From Eubacterium sp. (GTDB taxonomy: Bacteria; Bacillota; Clostridia; Lachnospirales; Lachnospiraceae), in the NCBI GenBank assembly GCA_017619835.1, contig JAFZRN010000008.1, positions 25,490 through 89,489 of the forward strand: a stretch of DNA of 64,000 bases. Direction: 5' to 3'. The position numbers and the translations under genes were made by a program. The notes below the pieces were generated by a model, which had not been told where the DNA came from, ran no database searches, and worked only from the letters and a program-made list of their open reading frames with translations. Shown piece by piece: positions 44,577 to 54,676 of this stretch. The number at the start of each line of letters is the position of its first letter. The stretch's first letter is position 1.

Positions 44577-45266
44577 ATGAAGAAAGTTCTTGTTGTTGAT
44601 GATGAGAAGCTTATAGTTAAGGGTCTTAAGTTTTCCCTTGAGCAGGATGATATGGAGGTAGATACAGCTTTTGACGGTGAGGAAGCCGTTGAGAAGGCAA
44701 GAGCCAATACCTATGATATCATGCTTCTCGATATCATGCTCCCGAAGCTTTCCGGACTTGAGGTATGCCAGATGGTCAGGGAATTTTCGGATGTTCCCAT
44801 CATAATGCTTACAGCCAAGGGCGAGGACATGGATAAGATCATGGGCCTTGAATATGGTGCTGATGATTATGTTACGAAGCCATTTAACATTCTTGAGGTT
44901 AAGGCCCGTATCAAGGCAATCTTAAGAAGAAATAACAAGAATGACGATATTAAGCTCAGTAATTCCAATATCATAGAGAAGAAAGGGCTTAAGATAGAGA
45001 TAGATTCAAGACGTGTATTCATTAAGGGTCATGAAGTAAGCCTTACAGCCAAGGAGTTCGACCTTGTAATGCTTCTCGTTTCTAATCCGAACAGGGTTTA
45101 TTCGAGAGACGAGCTTCTTAATGAGATATGGGGTTCAACCTATCCCGGCGATGCGCGTACAGTTGATGTTCATGTAAGACGTCTGAGAGAAAAGATCGAA
45201 GCCAGACCTGCAGATCCCGAGTATATCCATACTAAGTGGGGCGTAGGCTACTTCTTCCAAGATTAA
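44577..45266 (+). CDS. OmpR/PhoB-family response regulator with no adjacent kinase
   Basis: REC domain VLVVDDE..MLLDIMLPKLSG and a winged-helix C-terminus VDVHVRRLREKIE...IHTKWGVGY. Confidence 0.9.
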   Translation: MKKVLVVDDEKLIVKGLKFSLEQDDMEVDTAFDGEEAVEKARANTYDIMLLDIMLPKLSGLEVCQMVREFSDVPIIMLTAKGEDMDKIMGLEYGADDYVTKPFNILEVKARIKAILRRNNKNDDIKLSNSNIIEKKGLKIEIDSRRVFIKGHEVSLTAKEFDLVMLLVSNPNRVYSRDELLNEIWGSTYPGDARTVDVHVRRLREKIEARPADPEYIHTKWGVGYFFQD

Positions 45267-45292
45267 TATACATTCAAAGGAGCTAATTCACA

Positions 45293-47035
45293 GTGGAAAA
45301 GAAAATCATGTTAGGAAATGAGGCCATAGCCCGTGGTGCCTGGGAGGCAGGGGTCAAGGTTTCATCAGCTTATCCCGGTACACCCAGTACTGAGATGAGT
45401 GAGAATCTCGTAAAATACGAAGGGGTTTATGCCGAGTGGGCACCGAATGAGAAGGTTGCAGCCGAGGTGGCAATGGGCGCTTCCATAGCAGGTGTAAGAG
45501 CTATGTGTGCAATGAAGTGTGTCGGACTTAATGTAGCTTCCGATCCTCTTTATACCGCATCCTATATCGGAGCCAAGGGCGGACTTGTATATCTCGTAGC
45601 AGATGATCCGGGGCTTTACAGCTCACAGAACGAGCAGGATACAAGAAGGATAGCTATATCCTCACACGTTCCCGTACTTGAGCCTTCGGATTCCGAAGAG
45701 GCAAGAGTGTTCACAAAGAAGGCATTTGAGATATCAGAAGAGTATGATACTCCAGTGATCTTAAGAACAACCACACGTATCGCTCATTCACAGGGTGTTG
45801 TAAACCTTGAGGACAGAGTTGAGGTTGAGGATAAGGAGTACGAGAGAAATCCGGCAAAGAACGTAATGGTTCCCGCAAATGCCATGCAGCGTCATAAGGT
45901 TGTTATCGCCCGTGATGCAAAGCTTGCAGCTGACGGTTCTACGGAGAAATTTGCCGATATCAATAAAGTTACTTACGGCGATACTAAGATTGGTTTCATC
46001 ACCAGCGGTATCCCTTATCAGTATGTAAAGGAAGTTTTCCCTGACGCAAGCGTACTTAAGCTCGGTATGGTAACACCTCTTCCGAAGGCACTCATCACCG
46101 AGTTTGCTTCCAAGGTTGATAAGCTTTATATAATAGAAGAACTTGAGCCTGTTATCGAGGAGCAGGTTCGTTCATGGGGAATCGAATGCACAGGTAAGGA
46201 TGTTTTCCCTCTTGACGGAGAGTACAGCGCAAATATGCTTCGTGAGAAGATTCTCGGTCAGGACCTTGATCTGGCTGATCCGGCTAAGGTTCCGGTTCGT
46301 CCGCCTATCCTTTGCCCCGGATGCCCTCACAGAGCTACATACAGCGTTCTTAAGAAGCTTAAGATCCATGCCAGCGGTGATATCGGATGTTATACATTAG
46401 GTGTTGCAGCTCCGCTTTCAGTAGTAGATACAACTCTTTGCATGGGCGGCTCGATATCCATGCTCCATGGTATGGAAAAGGGTAAGGGTAAGGAATGGAT
46501 CAAGAACTGGGTAGCAGTTATCGGAGATTCAACTTTCCTTCATACAGGTGTTAATTCACTTATGAACATGGTTTATAACCAGGCAACAGGCACTGTTATA
46601 ATCCTTGATAATTCCACAACGGGTATGACCGGTCATCAGAACCATCCCGCAACAGGCAAGATGCTTAACGGTGAGGAGACTCTCGCCATCGATCTTGTAA
46701 AGCTCTGCGAAGGTATGGGCATCAAGAACGTAAAAGTAGTCGATGCATTTGACCTTAAGAAGCTTGAAGAGACAATCAAGGAAGAGGTTGCAAGAGATGA
46801 GCTTTCAGTTATCATTTCTCAGTCACCTTGTGCTCTTCTTAAGTCTTATGTACCTAAGGGTAAATGCTTCGTTGATACTGAGAAATGTATGAGCTGCGGT
46901 ATGTGCCTCACACCCGGATGTCCTGCCATCAAGAAGGATAAGGAAACCGGTTTCTCGGTAATAGATGAGACTATGTGCAACGGCTGCGGTCTCTGCCAGC
47001 AGCTTTGCCCGTTTGATGCGATTCAGCTTAGATAA
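45293..47035 (+). CDS. iorA: Indolepyruvate ferredoxin oxidoreductase subunit alpha
   Basis: LGNEAIARGAWEAGVKVSSAYPGTPSTE, a TPP region, and C-terminal 2x[4Fe-4S] CxxCxxCxxxCP motifs. GTG start lies 8 nt after AAGGAG. Confidence 0.9.
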   Translation: MEKKIMLGNEAIARGAWEAGVKVSSAYPGTPSTEMSENLVKYEGVYAEWAPNEKVAAEVAMGASIAGVRAMCAMKCVGLNVASDPLYTASYIGAKGGLVYLVADDPGLYSSQNEQDTRRIAISSHVPVLEPSDSEEARVFTKKAFEISEEYDTPVILRTTTRIAHSQGVVNLEDRVEVEDKEYERNPAKNVMVPANAMQRHKVVIARDAKLAADGSTEKFADINKVTYGDTKIGFITSGIPYQYVKEVFPDASVLKLGMVTPLPKALITEFASKVDKLYIIEELEPVIEEQVRSWGIECTGKDVFPLDGEYSANMLREKILGQDLDLADPAKVPVRPPILCPGCPHRATYSVLKKLKIHASGDIGCYTLGVAAPLSVVDTTLCMGGSISMLHGMEKGKGKEWIKNWVAVIGDSTFLHTGVNSLMNMVYNQATGTVIILDNSTTGMTGHQNHPATGKMLNGEETLAIDLVKLCEGMGIKNVKVVDAFDLKKLEETIKEEVARDELSVIISQSPCALLKSYVPKGKCFVDTEKCMSCGMCLTPGCPAIKKDKETGFSVIDETMCNGCGLCQQLCPFDAIQLR

Positions 47036-47049
47036 AGGAGAGTATACAG

Positions 47050-47628
47050 ATGTCAGTTACTAATATAATGATCGTCGGCGTGGGCGGACAGGGTACCCTT
47101 CTTACCAGCCGAATCTTAGGAGGCCTTGCTGAGTCAGCAGGCTACGATGTAAAACTTTCAGAGGTACACGGAATGGCACAGCGTGGCGGTTCTGTTGTTA
47201 CCTACGTAAGATATGCCACAGAGGGCGAGGCAGTTACCGAACCCATCGTTGAAGAAGGCTGTGCAGATGTTCTTATAGCCTTTGAGAGACTCGAGGCTTT
47301 AAGATATGCACATTTCCTTAAGAAGGATGGTGCACTTATCGTAAATGATCAGAGGATAGATCCGATGCCCGTTATCACAGGTGCGGCAGAATATCCCGAT
47401 AACATACTCGAAGGTCTTCGTGAGAAATATAAGGTTTATTCTATCGATGCTATGGCTAAGGCCGAAGAACTGGGTAATACAAGAGTATTCAATACCATAG
47501 TTCTCGGAATGGCTGCGCGTCATATGAATTATTCAAAGGAGCAGTGGATTGAGGTGATCAAATCCAAGGTTCCTCCCAAGACTATCGATATCAATCTTGC
47601 CGGTTTTGAGGCAGGATACGCTAATTAA
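47050..47628 (+). CDS. iorB: Indolepyruvate oxidoreductase subunit beta
   Basis: IMIVGVGGQGTLLTSRIL and adjacency to iorA. Confidence 0.88.
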   Translation: MSVTNIMIVGVGGQGTLLTSRILGGLAESAGYDVKLSEVHGMAQRGGSVVTYVRYATEGEAVTEPIVEEGCADVLIAFERLEALRYAHFLKKDGALIVNDQRIDPMPVITGAAEYPDNILEGLREKYKVYSIDAMAKAEELGNTRVFNTIVLGMAARHMNYSKEQWIEVIKSKVPPKTIDINLAGFEAGYAN

Positions 47629-47639
47629 GCAAGCTTTTC

Positions 47640-47667
47640 GGGACGATTCTTTGGAATCGTCCCTTTA
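47640..47667 (+). terminator. Rho-independent terminator after iorB
   Basis: GGGACGATTC-tttg-GAATCGTCCC followed by TTTAT. Confidence 0.75.
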
Positions 47668-47674
47668 TAGTGAA

Positions 47675-47714
47675 GTTAAGATACTGTTAAGGTTCGACGA
47701 TTCATCCGGTAAGG
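47675..47714 (+). promoter_or_regulatory. Direct repeats GTTAAG (11-nt period) plus a third GTAAGG, upstream of the DUF975-RR-HK operon
   Basis: GTTAAG at 47675-47680 and 47686-47691; GGTAAGG at 47708-47714. This spacing is typical of OmpR-family binding sites. Confidence 0.25.
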
Positions 47715-47796
47715 TTTCTCTGATAAGATGTACACATAACAAAGAGACATGAGCTGGATTACAGCTACTGATAGTTCACGAGAGGAGGACTTAGTT

Positions 47797-48648
47797 ATGT
47801 GGACAAGGAAAGATATTAAATCAAGAGGAAAAGAAACATTTAAGAAAAACTATTGGAAATGTGTTCTGGTGGCACTCATCATAGCATTCATCTCCGGTGG
47901 GACCGGAGGCTTTTCGGGAGGTACAAGTTCCCTAAGCAATATGTATAAATATGATTCGAATTCCAAAGTAGAAGGAGTTGAAGAAGTTGATGAGGAATCA
48001 CTTAATGAAGGTGATGAAGCTTCTTCCGATAATATGGAAGTCATAGTTGATTCCGATAAATCAGCAGAAGATAATTTTCAGACATTCACTTTTAAGATCA
48101 AAGATATGAGCCCTGAAGATCAGACTACAATGGTCGTAACAATGGCAATAGTATTCGTAGTAGTATTCGTTGTGATCATGGCAATCGTAATCTTATTCAG
48201 TGTATTTATCATGAATCCGATAATGGTAGGCTGCGACAGATTCTTCTTTAAGAACCTGGATGAGCCGGCTAACTTTTCTAACGTAGTATATGCATTTGAT
48301 CATAATTACAAGAATATCATTAAGACAATGTTCTTTAAAGATCTGTATGTATTCCTTTGGTCACTGCTTTTCGTTATCCCCGGTATCGTAAAGAGCTACG
48401 AATATCGTATGATCCCGTTCCTTCTTGCAGATGATCCCGAGATGACAAGAGAAGAGGCATTCAGACTCAGTAAGGAAATGATGACAGGAAATAAGTGGAA
48501 AGCTTTCGTACTTGACCTTTCATTCATAGGTTGGGAGTTACTTTCAATCGTAACATGCGGAATCCTTTCAATCTTCTTCGTAAATCCTTACATCTTCTCA
48601 ACAAATGCAGCACTTTATGAAAAACTCAGATATGGAAATGAGGGTTAA
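47797..48648 (+). CDS. DUF975-family membrane protein
   Basis: MWTRKDIKSRGKETFKKNYWKCVLVALI... is a typical DUF975 N-terminus. ATG 47797 follows GAGAGGAGG. Confidence 0.75.
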   Translation: MWTRKDIKSRGKETFKKNYWKCVLVALIIAFISGGTGGFSGGTSSLSNMYKYDSNSKVEGVEEVDEESLNEGDEASSDNMEVIVDSDKSAEDNFQTFTFKIKDMSPEDQTTMVVTMAIVFVVVFVVIMAIVILFSVFIMNPIMVGCDRFFFKNLDEPANFSNVVYAFDHNYKNIIKTMFFKDLYVFLWSLLFVIPGIVKSYEYRMIPFLLADDPEMTREEAFRLSKEMMTGNKWKAFVLDLSFIGWELLSIVTCGILSIFFVNPYIFSTNAALYEKLRYGNEG

Positions 48649-48650
48649 AT

Positions 48651-49334
48651 ATGAATTACAAGATTCTAATAGCTGATGATGAAGACGAGATCAGAAGTCT
48701 TCTCGGACTATATCTCGAAAATGAAGGCTATAATGTAATCGAAGCAAAGGATGGTGCAGAGGCCGTGCTTCTTCTCAAAGAGAAGAAGCCGGACCTTGCC
48801 ATTTTGGATATAATGATGCCGAAGATGGACGGCTATCAGGTATTAAGAAAACTCAGGGAAGACAGCAATATTCCCGTCATCATCCTTTCCGCAAAGGATG
48901 CCGATTCGGAAAAGATACTGGGACTTAACCTCGGAGCAGATGATTATCTGGCCAAGCCATTTAACCCGCTGGAAGCGGTTGCCAGGGTTAATTCCAATAT
49001 CAGAAGGTTCTATTCTCTGGGTGCAAGTGCCGTTAAGAAGGAGAATATCAAGGTGAGAAATCTTGAGCTCGACCAGGAGTCGTGCATGCTCCTTAAGGAC
49101 GGAAATCCCATCGACCTTACTTCAGTAGAGTATAAGATCATGGAGCTTTTCATGACCTATCCCGGCAAGGTTTTCACCAAGCAGCAGATATATGAATATG
49201 GCTGGGGCGAGGACTTCATCATTGCGGATAACAATATAATGGTCTGCATCAGCAAGCTTCGTTCAAAGCTTTCCGATGATCCGTCCGAATATATCAAAAC
49301 ATTAAGAGGTCTGGGCTATCGTCTGGATAAATAA
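48651..49334 (+). CDS. OmpR/PhoB-family response regulator
   Basis: ILIADDEDE..AILDIMMPKMDG and a winged-helix C-terminus ...IKTLRGLGYRL. Confidence 0.9.
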   Translation: MNYKILIADDEDEIRSLLGLYLENEGYNVIEAKDGAEAVLLLKEKKPDLAILDIMMPKMDGYQVLRKLREDSNIPVIILSAKDADSEKILGLNLGADDYLAKPFNPLEAVARVNSNIRRFYSLGASAVKKENIKVRNLELDQESCMLLKDGNPIDLTSVEYKIMELFMTYPGKVFTKQQIYEYGWGEDFIIADNNIMVCISKLRSKLSDDPSEYIKTLRGLGYRLDK

Positions 49335-49336
49335 AT

Positions 49337-50527
49337 ATGAATGAATTTAAGAATCTCAGAGTATTTCTGATCAAAAAGTTTCTAATAACAATAGCGCTGG
49401 TCAGTGTTGCCGAGTATGCGATCCTATCCATACTCAACAAAACACTGATCCCTTTTGTTGTGCATATGCTCTTTAAGGATCAGGATCTTGAGATAATCGG
49501 AATAGCGGGAATGATCATAATCATCCTGCTCATTATCGGAAGACTTATCGTCCAGCTTCTTAAGTTCCTTACTCCCGATGCTCTGGAGCTTACCTTTGAA
49601 AAAATGACTGAGGTAATAGACAGTACTATGGGAGGAAGCGGTGACAAAGGGGCGCTTCCGATCTCGAATCTTACGACCAGTCAGGAAATATTCTTTGTAA
49701 TGTTTCTTTTTACGATATTTGTGATCATCCTGATCCCTTATATCATAGGTGCCCTTTACTTTGCAAAGGCAGTTATAAGAGAAGTAAGAAGACTCGAGGA
49801 GGCTGATAAAAAGAAGCAGAAGGAATTCGAAAAAGGCAGAAACTTAATGCTTTCCGATATCGCACATGACTTAAGGACGCCTATCACAACGGTGGCAGGA
49901 TACGCAAAAGCTCTTGAGGACGGAATGGTTGCCGAGGATAAGAAAGAAGAATACCTCAGTGCTATCCAGCGAAAGTCTTCGAGAATGAATGATCTTATCA
50001 CGCTGCTTTTTGATTATGTCCGGCTGGACAGCGAAGGCTTCAAGCTGACTAAGGAAAAGGTCGATATCTGTGAGCTTTGTCGTGAGACGGCTGCATTCAT
50101 GTATCAGGATATCGAGGATGCCGAAATGACGCTCGAAGTTGATATACCTGAAAAGCGAGTTGAGATAAATGCCGACAAGATTCAGATATCCAGAGTCATA
50201 ACGAATCTTCTTACCAACGCGATCCGTCACAACAAGCCCGGCACATCTATCGGTTTCTTCCTCACGATAGATGATGATGAGACCATAAGGATAATGGTGG
50301 CTGATAACGGTGATAAGATAGATGAAGATTATGCCAAGACGATATTTGAACCCTTCGTTGTAGGCGATGAATCCAGAAGCACCAAAGGCGGAACGGGACT
50401 CGGTCTTTCCATTGCCAAAAAGATACTGGAAATGCATGGCTACCGGATCAGACTTGTCCAGCATCCGAACATTAAAAAATTCGCCATTGCGGCAGAATAT
50501 GAAAAAATGTTTTTGATTACTATATAA
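49337..50527 (+). CDS. Sensor histidine kinase (HisKA/HATPase_c)
   Basis: Two TM regions, H-box LMLSDIAHDLRTPIT, N-box NLLTNAIRHN, G-box GGTGLGLSIAKK. Confidence 0.9.
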   Translation: MNEFKNLRVFLIKKFLITIALVSVAEYAILSILNKTLIPFVVHMLFKDQDLEIIGIAGMIIIILLIIGRLIVQLLKFLTPDALELTFEKMTEVIDSTMGGSGDKGALPISNLTTSQEIFFVMFLFTIFVIILIPYIIGALYFAKAVIREVRRLEEADKKKQKEFEKGRNLMLSDIAHDLRTPITTVAGYAKALEDGMVAEDKKEEYLSAIQRKSSRMNDLITLLFDYVRLDSEGFKLTKEKVDICELCRETAAFMYQDIEDAEMTLEVDIPEKRVEINADKIQISRVITNLLTNAIRHNKPGTSIGFFLTIDDDETIRIMVADNGDKIDEDYAKTIFEPFVVGDESRSTKGGTGLGLSIAKKILEMHGYRIRLVQHPNIKKFAIAAEYEKMFLITI

Positions 50528-50622
50528 AATGATTTCTTTATCGCATTAAAGCGTTGACGCGACACGTTTTTTGCGTTACACTTACCTTCTGATACAGATA
50601 AAATACCCGGAGGTATATTAAA

Positions 50623-52266
50623 ATGCCAATCACAAAGATATTGGAAAGAAATGCCATGGAATATGCGAACGACGTGGCACTTGTGGAAGTAAATCCCGCT
50701 ATAACAGAAAGAAGGAGAGTTACCTGGAGAGAATATGAGCTGATGGAACCCAATCCCAAGGCTCCCTATAGAAGAGAGATAACATGGTCGGTCTTCAATG
50801 AGAAGGCAAACCGTTTTGCAAATCTTCTTCTCAGCAGAGGTATCAAGAAGAACGACAAGGTCGGAATCCTTCTTATGAACTGCCTTGAGTGGCTTCCGAT
50901 CTATTTTGGAATCCTTAAGACCGGAGCTTTAGCTGTTCCTCTTAATTTCAGATATGATGCTGACGAGATAGAGTATTGCGTGGATCTTGCAGATGTTGAT
51001 ATCCTCGTATTCGGCCCCGAGTTTATCGGAAGAGTTGAGGAGATTGCAGAGAAGATTTCAAAGAACAGACTTCTCTTTTATGTAGGAGAAAACTGTCCTT
51101 CATTCGCAGAAGACTATAATGAGATGGTTGCAAATTCAAGCTCTGTTACTCCTGATATCGAGATAACGGATGAAGATTATGGTGCAATCTATTTCTCATC
51201 GGGTACAACAGGCTTCCCGAAGGCTATCCTTCATAAGCATCAGTCTCTTATGCATAGTGCAAAGGTTGAGCAGGCTCATCACGGACAGCAGAAGGATGAT
51301 GTGTTCCTCTGCATCCCGCCCCTTTATCATACAGGTGCCAAGATGCATTGGTTTGGCTCACTCATTTCCGGAAGTAAGGCAGTACTCCTTAAGGGTACCA
51401 AGCCTGAGTATATACTTGATACTGTAAGCAGGGAAAAATGTACCATTGTCTGGCTGCTTGTTCCCTGGGCTCAGGATCTTCTTATCGCTCTTGAGAGCGG
51501 AAAGCTTAATAAGGATGAATATGAGCTTGATCAGTGGAGACTCATGCATATCGGTGCTCAGCCCGTTCCTGCAAGTCTTATCACAAGATGGAAGCAGATG
51601 TTCCCTAACCATCAGTATGATACAAACTACGGCCTTTCAGAGTCCATCGGACCCGGCTGCGTACATCTCGGTGTTGAAAACATCGACCATGTCGGAGCTA
51701 TCGGTGTACCGGGCTATGGCTGGGAGTGCAAGATTGTTGATGAAGACGGAAATATCGTCGATAAGAGTGACAGCGAATCAGTCGGTGAGCTCTGTGTAAA
51801 GGGTCCCGGTGTCATGACCTGTTATTATAAGAATGAAGAAGCAACCAATGAATGCCTCAAGGATGGCTGGCTCTATACAGGAGATATGGCCAAGTATGAT
51901 GAGGACGGATTTATCTGGCTTGTAGACAGAAAGAAGGACGTTATCATCAGTGGAGGCGAGAATATATATCCCGTTCAGATCGAAAGCTTCATAATGAAGA
52001 ATACCAAGGTTCAGGATGTTGCTGTTATCGGTACAGCCGATGCAAGACTCGGAGAGATATCAACGGCAATCATCCAGCTTAAAGAGGGTGAGACCTGTAC
52101 GGAAGAGGAAATGAATAACTTCTGCCTCGAACTGCCTCGATACAAGAGACCCCGCCAGATAATTTTCGCTGAGGTTCCACGTAATGCGACAGGCAAGATC
52201 GAGAAACCCGCGCTGAGAGAAAAGTACGGAGCAAAGAACCTGGTAGACAGGGAAAACAGAAGATAA
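50623..52266 (+). CDS. AMP-dependent acyl-CoA synthetase/ligase
   Basis: YFSSGTTGFPKAILHKH, GWLYTGDMAKYDEDGFIWLVDRKKDVIISGGENIYP, and the C-terminal GKIEK lysine. Confidence 0.9.
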   Translation: MPITKILERNAMEYANDVALVEVNPAITERRRVTWREYELMEPNPKAPYRREITWSVFNEKANRFANLLLSRGIKKNDKVGILLMNCLEWLPIYFGILKTGALAVPLNFRYDADEIEYCVDLADVDILVFGPEFIGRVEEIAEKISKNRLLFYVGENCPSFAEDYNEMVANSSSVTPDIEITDEDYGAIYFSSGTTGFPKAILHKHQSLMHSAKVEQAHHGQQKDDVFLCIPPLYHTGAKMHWFGSLISGSKAVLLKGTKPEYILDTVSREKCTIVWLLVPWAQDLLIALESGKLNKDEYELDQWRLMHIGAQPVPASLITRWKQMFPNHQYDTNYGLSESIGPGCVHLGVENIDHVGAIGVPGYGWECKIVDEDGNIVDKSDSESVGELCVKGPGVMTCYYKNEEATNECLKDGWLYTGDMAKYDEDGFIWLVDRKKDVIISGGENIYPVQIESFIMKNTKVQDVAVIGTADARLGEISTAIIQLKEGETCTEEEMNNFCLELPRYKRPRQIIFAEVPRNATGKIEKPALREKYGAKNLVDRENRR

Positions 52267-52275
52267 ATTTTTATA

Positions 52276-53247
52276 ATGGCTAAAAGAAGACTTACTACAA
52301 CAGAAAAAAACCTGATACTTCTATGGTGTCTTTTCGGCGTAATGGCTATCGGCGCCATAGGAGCACTTATAAAAACAGTTAGCGACAGAACTAAGGGGAC
52401 TCCCCTTAATTCTGCCGTTATTTTTGATGAGCATATTCCTTTTGATGCAGATCCCGGCATCGGAGAGGCTGTTCAGGATAATTATCTTAAGTACCTGAAC
52501 ATGGCTTATATCCTGATAGGAGATTATCCCGACTGCGAGATGATCAAGATAAGCGCAAATGTCACCAGAAATGATTACAACTGGGCCGAGGACTTCTATG
52601 TTGCAGAGGGAAAGCTCTATTATAATTACTATAAGAACGGAGAGGCTCTCGGGAAACCCGGGATTGATGTTTCCGAATTTCAGAAGGATATCGACTGGGA
52701 CAGGGTAAAGGCCACCGGAATGCAGTTTGCGATGATAAGAGTCGGCTACCGCGGTTACGGAACCGGTGAGATCCATTCGGATAAGAATTACGAGACAAAT
52801 ATCGATAAAGCGATCGAAGTCGGAATGGATACGGGAATATATTTCTTTTCATCTGCGATAAACAGGGATGAGGGAATCGAAGAGGCTAAGTTCTGCCTGG
52901 ATAAGGTGAGCGGCAAGAAGATAAAGATGCCGATCGTTATCGATACGGAGTATATCTTTGAAGACGAAGCCGCTAGGACAAATGATATATCCATGGAAGA
53001 CAGAACAGCAGCCGTCGTCGGTTTCTGTGAAACCATCGAGGCTGCCGGTTATACGCCTATGATTTACGCGAGCCGTGATCAGTTTATTAAGTATCTTGAT
53101 ATCGACCAGATCGGAAAGTGGCAGTTCTGGCTTGCAGCCTATGATACGCCCGTTTTTCCATACCACACCGAGGGTTATCAGTATTCGCCCTACGGCCTTG
53201 TGGACGGTATCGAAACCCAGGTCGACCTGAACGTCTGGATGAACTAA
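52276..53247 (+). CDS. GH25 lysozyme/muramidase with an N-terminal membrane anchor
   Basis: TM helix LILLWCLFGVMAIGAIGAL, then GIDVSEFQKDIDWDRVKATGMQFAMIRVGYRG and ...IVIDTEY. Confidence 0.85.
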   Translation: MAKRRLTTTEKNLILLWCLFGVMAIGAIGALIKTVSDRTKGTPLNSAVIFDEHIPFDADPGIGEAVQDNYLKYLNMAYILIGDYPDCEMIKISANVTRNDYNWAEDFYVAEGKLYYNYYKNGEALGKPGIDVSEFQKDIDWDRVKATGMQFAMIRVGYRGYGTGEIHSDKNYETNIDKAIEVGMDTGIYFFSSAINRDEGIEEAKFCLDKVSGKKIKMPIVIDTEYIFEDEAARTNDISMEDRTAAVVGFCETIEAAGYTPMIYASRDQFIKYLDIDQIGKWQFWLAAYDTPVFPYHTEGYQYSPYGLVDGIETQVDLNVWMN

Positions 53248-53252
53248 TAGCA

Positions 53253-54563
53253 TTAACGCTCCATCTTCCAGATCTCTGCGGAGTAGGGGGCAAGTTCTGA
53301 TCCGCCTCCGAAGTCATGAAGACTTCCGGTGAAAAGCTCATCTGCCTGTCCGCAGCCTGCATCGAAGTGAGCCGTAAATGGCTGGTCGGATGCATTTATA
53401 GCAACTAGAATGCGCTCATTATCTGTGCGGCGTTCGAATATACATTGATGATTAGTGAGGACAACACTGCGGAAGCTTCCGTAGTTAAGTGCCTCGCTAT
53501 TTTTCTTTATCTCTGCTAACTTTGCGATGAAGTCGGTAAGCTCATTCCATTCGGGCTTATCAAAGCTTACGCGAAGAGCGGGATCGCCTTCTTCTTTACG
53601 GGCCTCTGTACCCCATTCGCTTCCGTAGTATACACACGGGAAGCCCGGCATTGTAAATGCGAGGGTATAGATGAGGGGAAGGTGATCCTTATTATTCAGA
53701 TTGCTTGCGATCCTTGTCACATCATGATTATCCACGAAGGACATAAGATGCATATTCTTGTAGCGGCACCAGTCTTCGGGACCGAACTGCTGCATGAGTG
53801 AATGGATTATCTCAAACATGTTCATTGAGTTAAAGCTTGAGAAAAGACCCTTATAGCATGCATAGTTTGTGCAGCTGTCGAGCATTCCGGGGCCTACGAA
53901 CATTGCATAGTCTCCGTGAAGAAGCTCGCCGAGCAAAAGGAATTCATCCTTAAGCCCAAGGGTAAATTCCTTGAGGTTATGAATGAAGCCTCTGTCAAGA
54001 CAGTAAGCAACATCGAGTCTGAGACCATCTATATCAAAATACTCTGTCCAGTATTTAACCTTATCAAATATATGATCCACAACTGCAGGGTTCTGGAGAT
54101 TAAGCTTTACAAGGTCGAAGTTGCCTTCCCAGCCCTCGTACCAGAAGCCGTCATTATAATTCGAATTCCCGTCAAAGGATATATGGAACCAGTCTTTATA
54201 GGGAGAGTCCCATTTCTTTTCAAGAACATCCTGAAATGCCCAGAAGCCGCGTCCGACGTGATTGAATACTCCGTCGAGTACGACCTTGATCCCTGCTTTG
54301 TGAAGTTCATCGACAATTTTCTTGAAATCTTCGTTTGTTCCGAGCCTCTTATCTATAAGGCCGTAGTCACGCGTGTTATATCCGTGAGTGTCAGATTCGA
54401 AAACCGGTGAGAAGTAGATTGCATTTGCACCGAGTCTCTGGATGTGGGGTATCCAGTCAATGACCTTAGGTATGCGGGATGTGAGTATTCCGTCATTCTC
54501 AAAGGGTGCTCCGCAGAATCCCAGCGGGTAGATCTGATAAAAAACCGATTCTTCGTACCACAT
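53253..54563 (-). CDS. Cytoplasmic GH13 alpha-amylase-family glycosidase
   Basis: MWYEESVFYQIYPLGF, DGVFNHVG, GLRLDVA, GELLHGD, FVDNHD (the four GH13 regions). ATG 54563 follows AGGAGG; the track start at 54683 is an extension. Confidence 0.88.
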   Translation of the reverse strand: MWYEESVFYQIYPLGFCGAPFENDGILTSRIPKVIDWIPHIQRLGANAIYFSPVFESDTHGYNTRDYGLIDKRLGTNEDFKKIVDELHKAGIKVVLDGVFNHVGRGFWAFQDVLEKKWDSPYKDWFHISFDGNSNYNDGFWYEGWEGNFDLVKLNLQNPAVVDHIFDKVKYWTEYFDIDGLRLDVAYCLDRGFIHNLKEFTLGLKDEFLLLGELLHGDYAMFVGPGMLDSCTNYACYKGLFSSFNSMNMFEIIHSLMQQFGPEDWCRYKNMHLMSFVDNHDVTRIASNLNNKDHLPLIYTLAFTMPGFPCVYYGSEWGTEARKEEGDPALRVSFDKPEWNELTDFIAKLAEIKKNSEALNYGSFRSVVLTNHQCIFERRTDNERILVAINASDQPFTAHFDAGCGQADELFTGSLHDFGGGSELAPYSAEIWKMER

Positions 54564-54594
54564 AATTATTCCTCCTATTCCTAAAACGAGGATT

Positions 54595-54623
54595 AGTATA
54601 CTCCAAATGGTATGAAGTGTCAA
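54595..54623 (-). promoter_or_regulatory. Candidate sigma-A promoter of the GH13 gene
   Basis: The minus strand reads TTGACA, 17-nt spacer, TATACT. Confidence 0.55.
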
Positions 54624-54676
54624 AAAAGGCAATGGATATTTGAAAGATTTTAATGTATTATTGATTACATGAAAAA

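Noticed and set aside
53245-53255. Convergent GH25 and GH13 genes whose stop codons are only 5 nt apart, with no terminator hairpin
   Set aside because: This is a real observation, but convergent ends without intrinsic terminators are common. Nothing further can be inferred from sequence alone.
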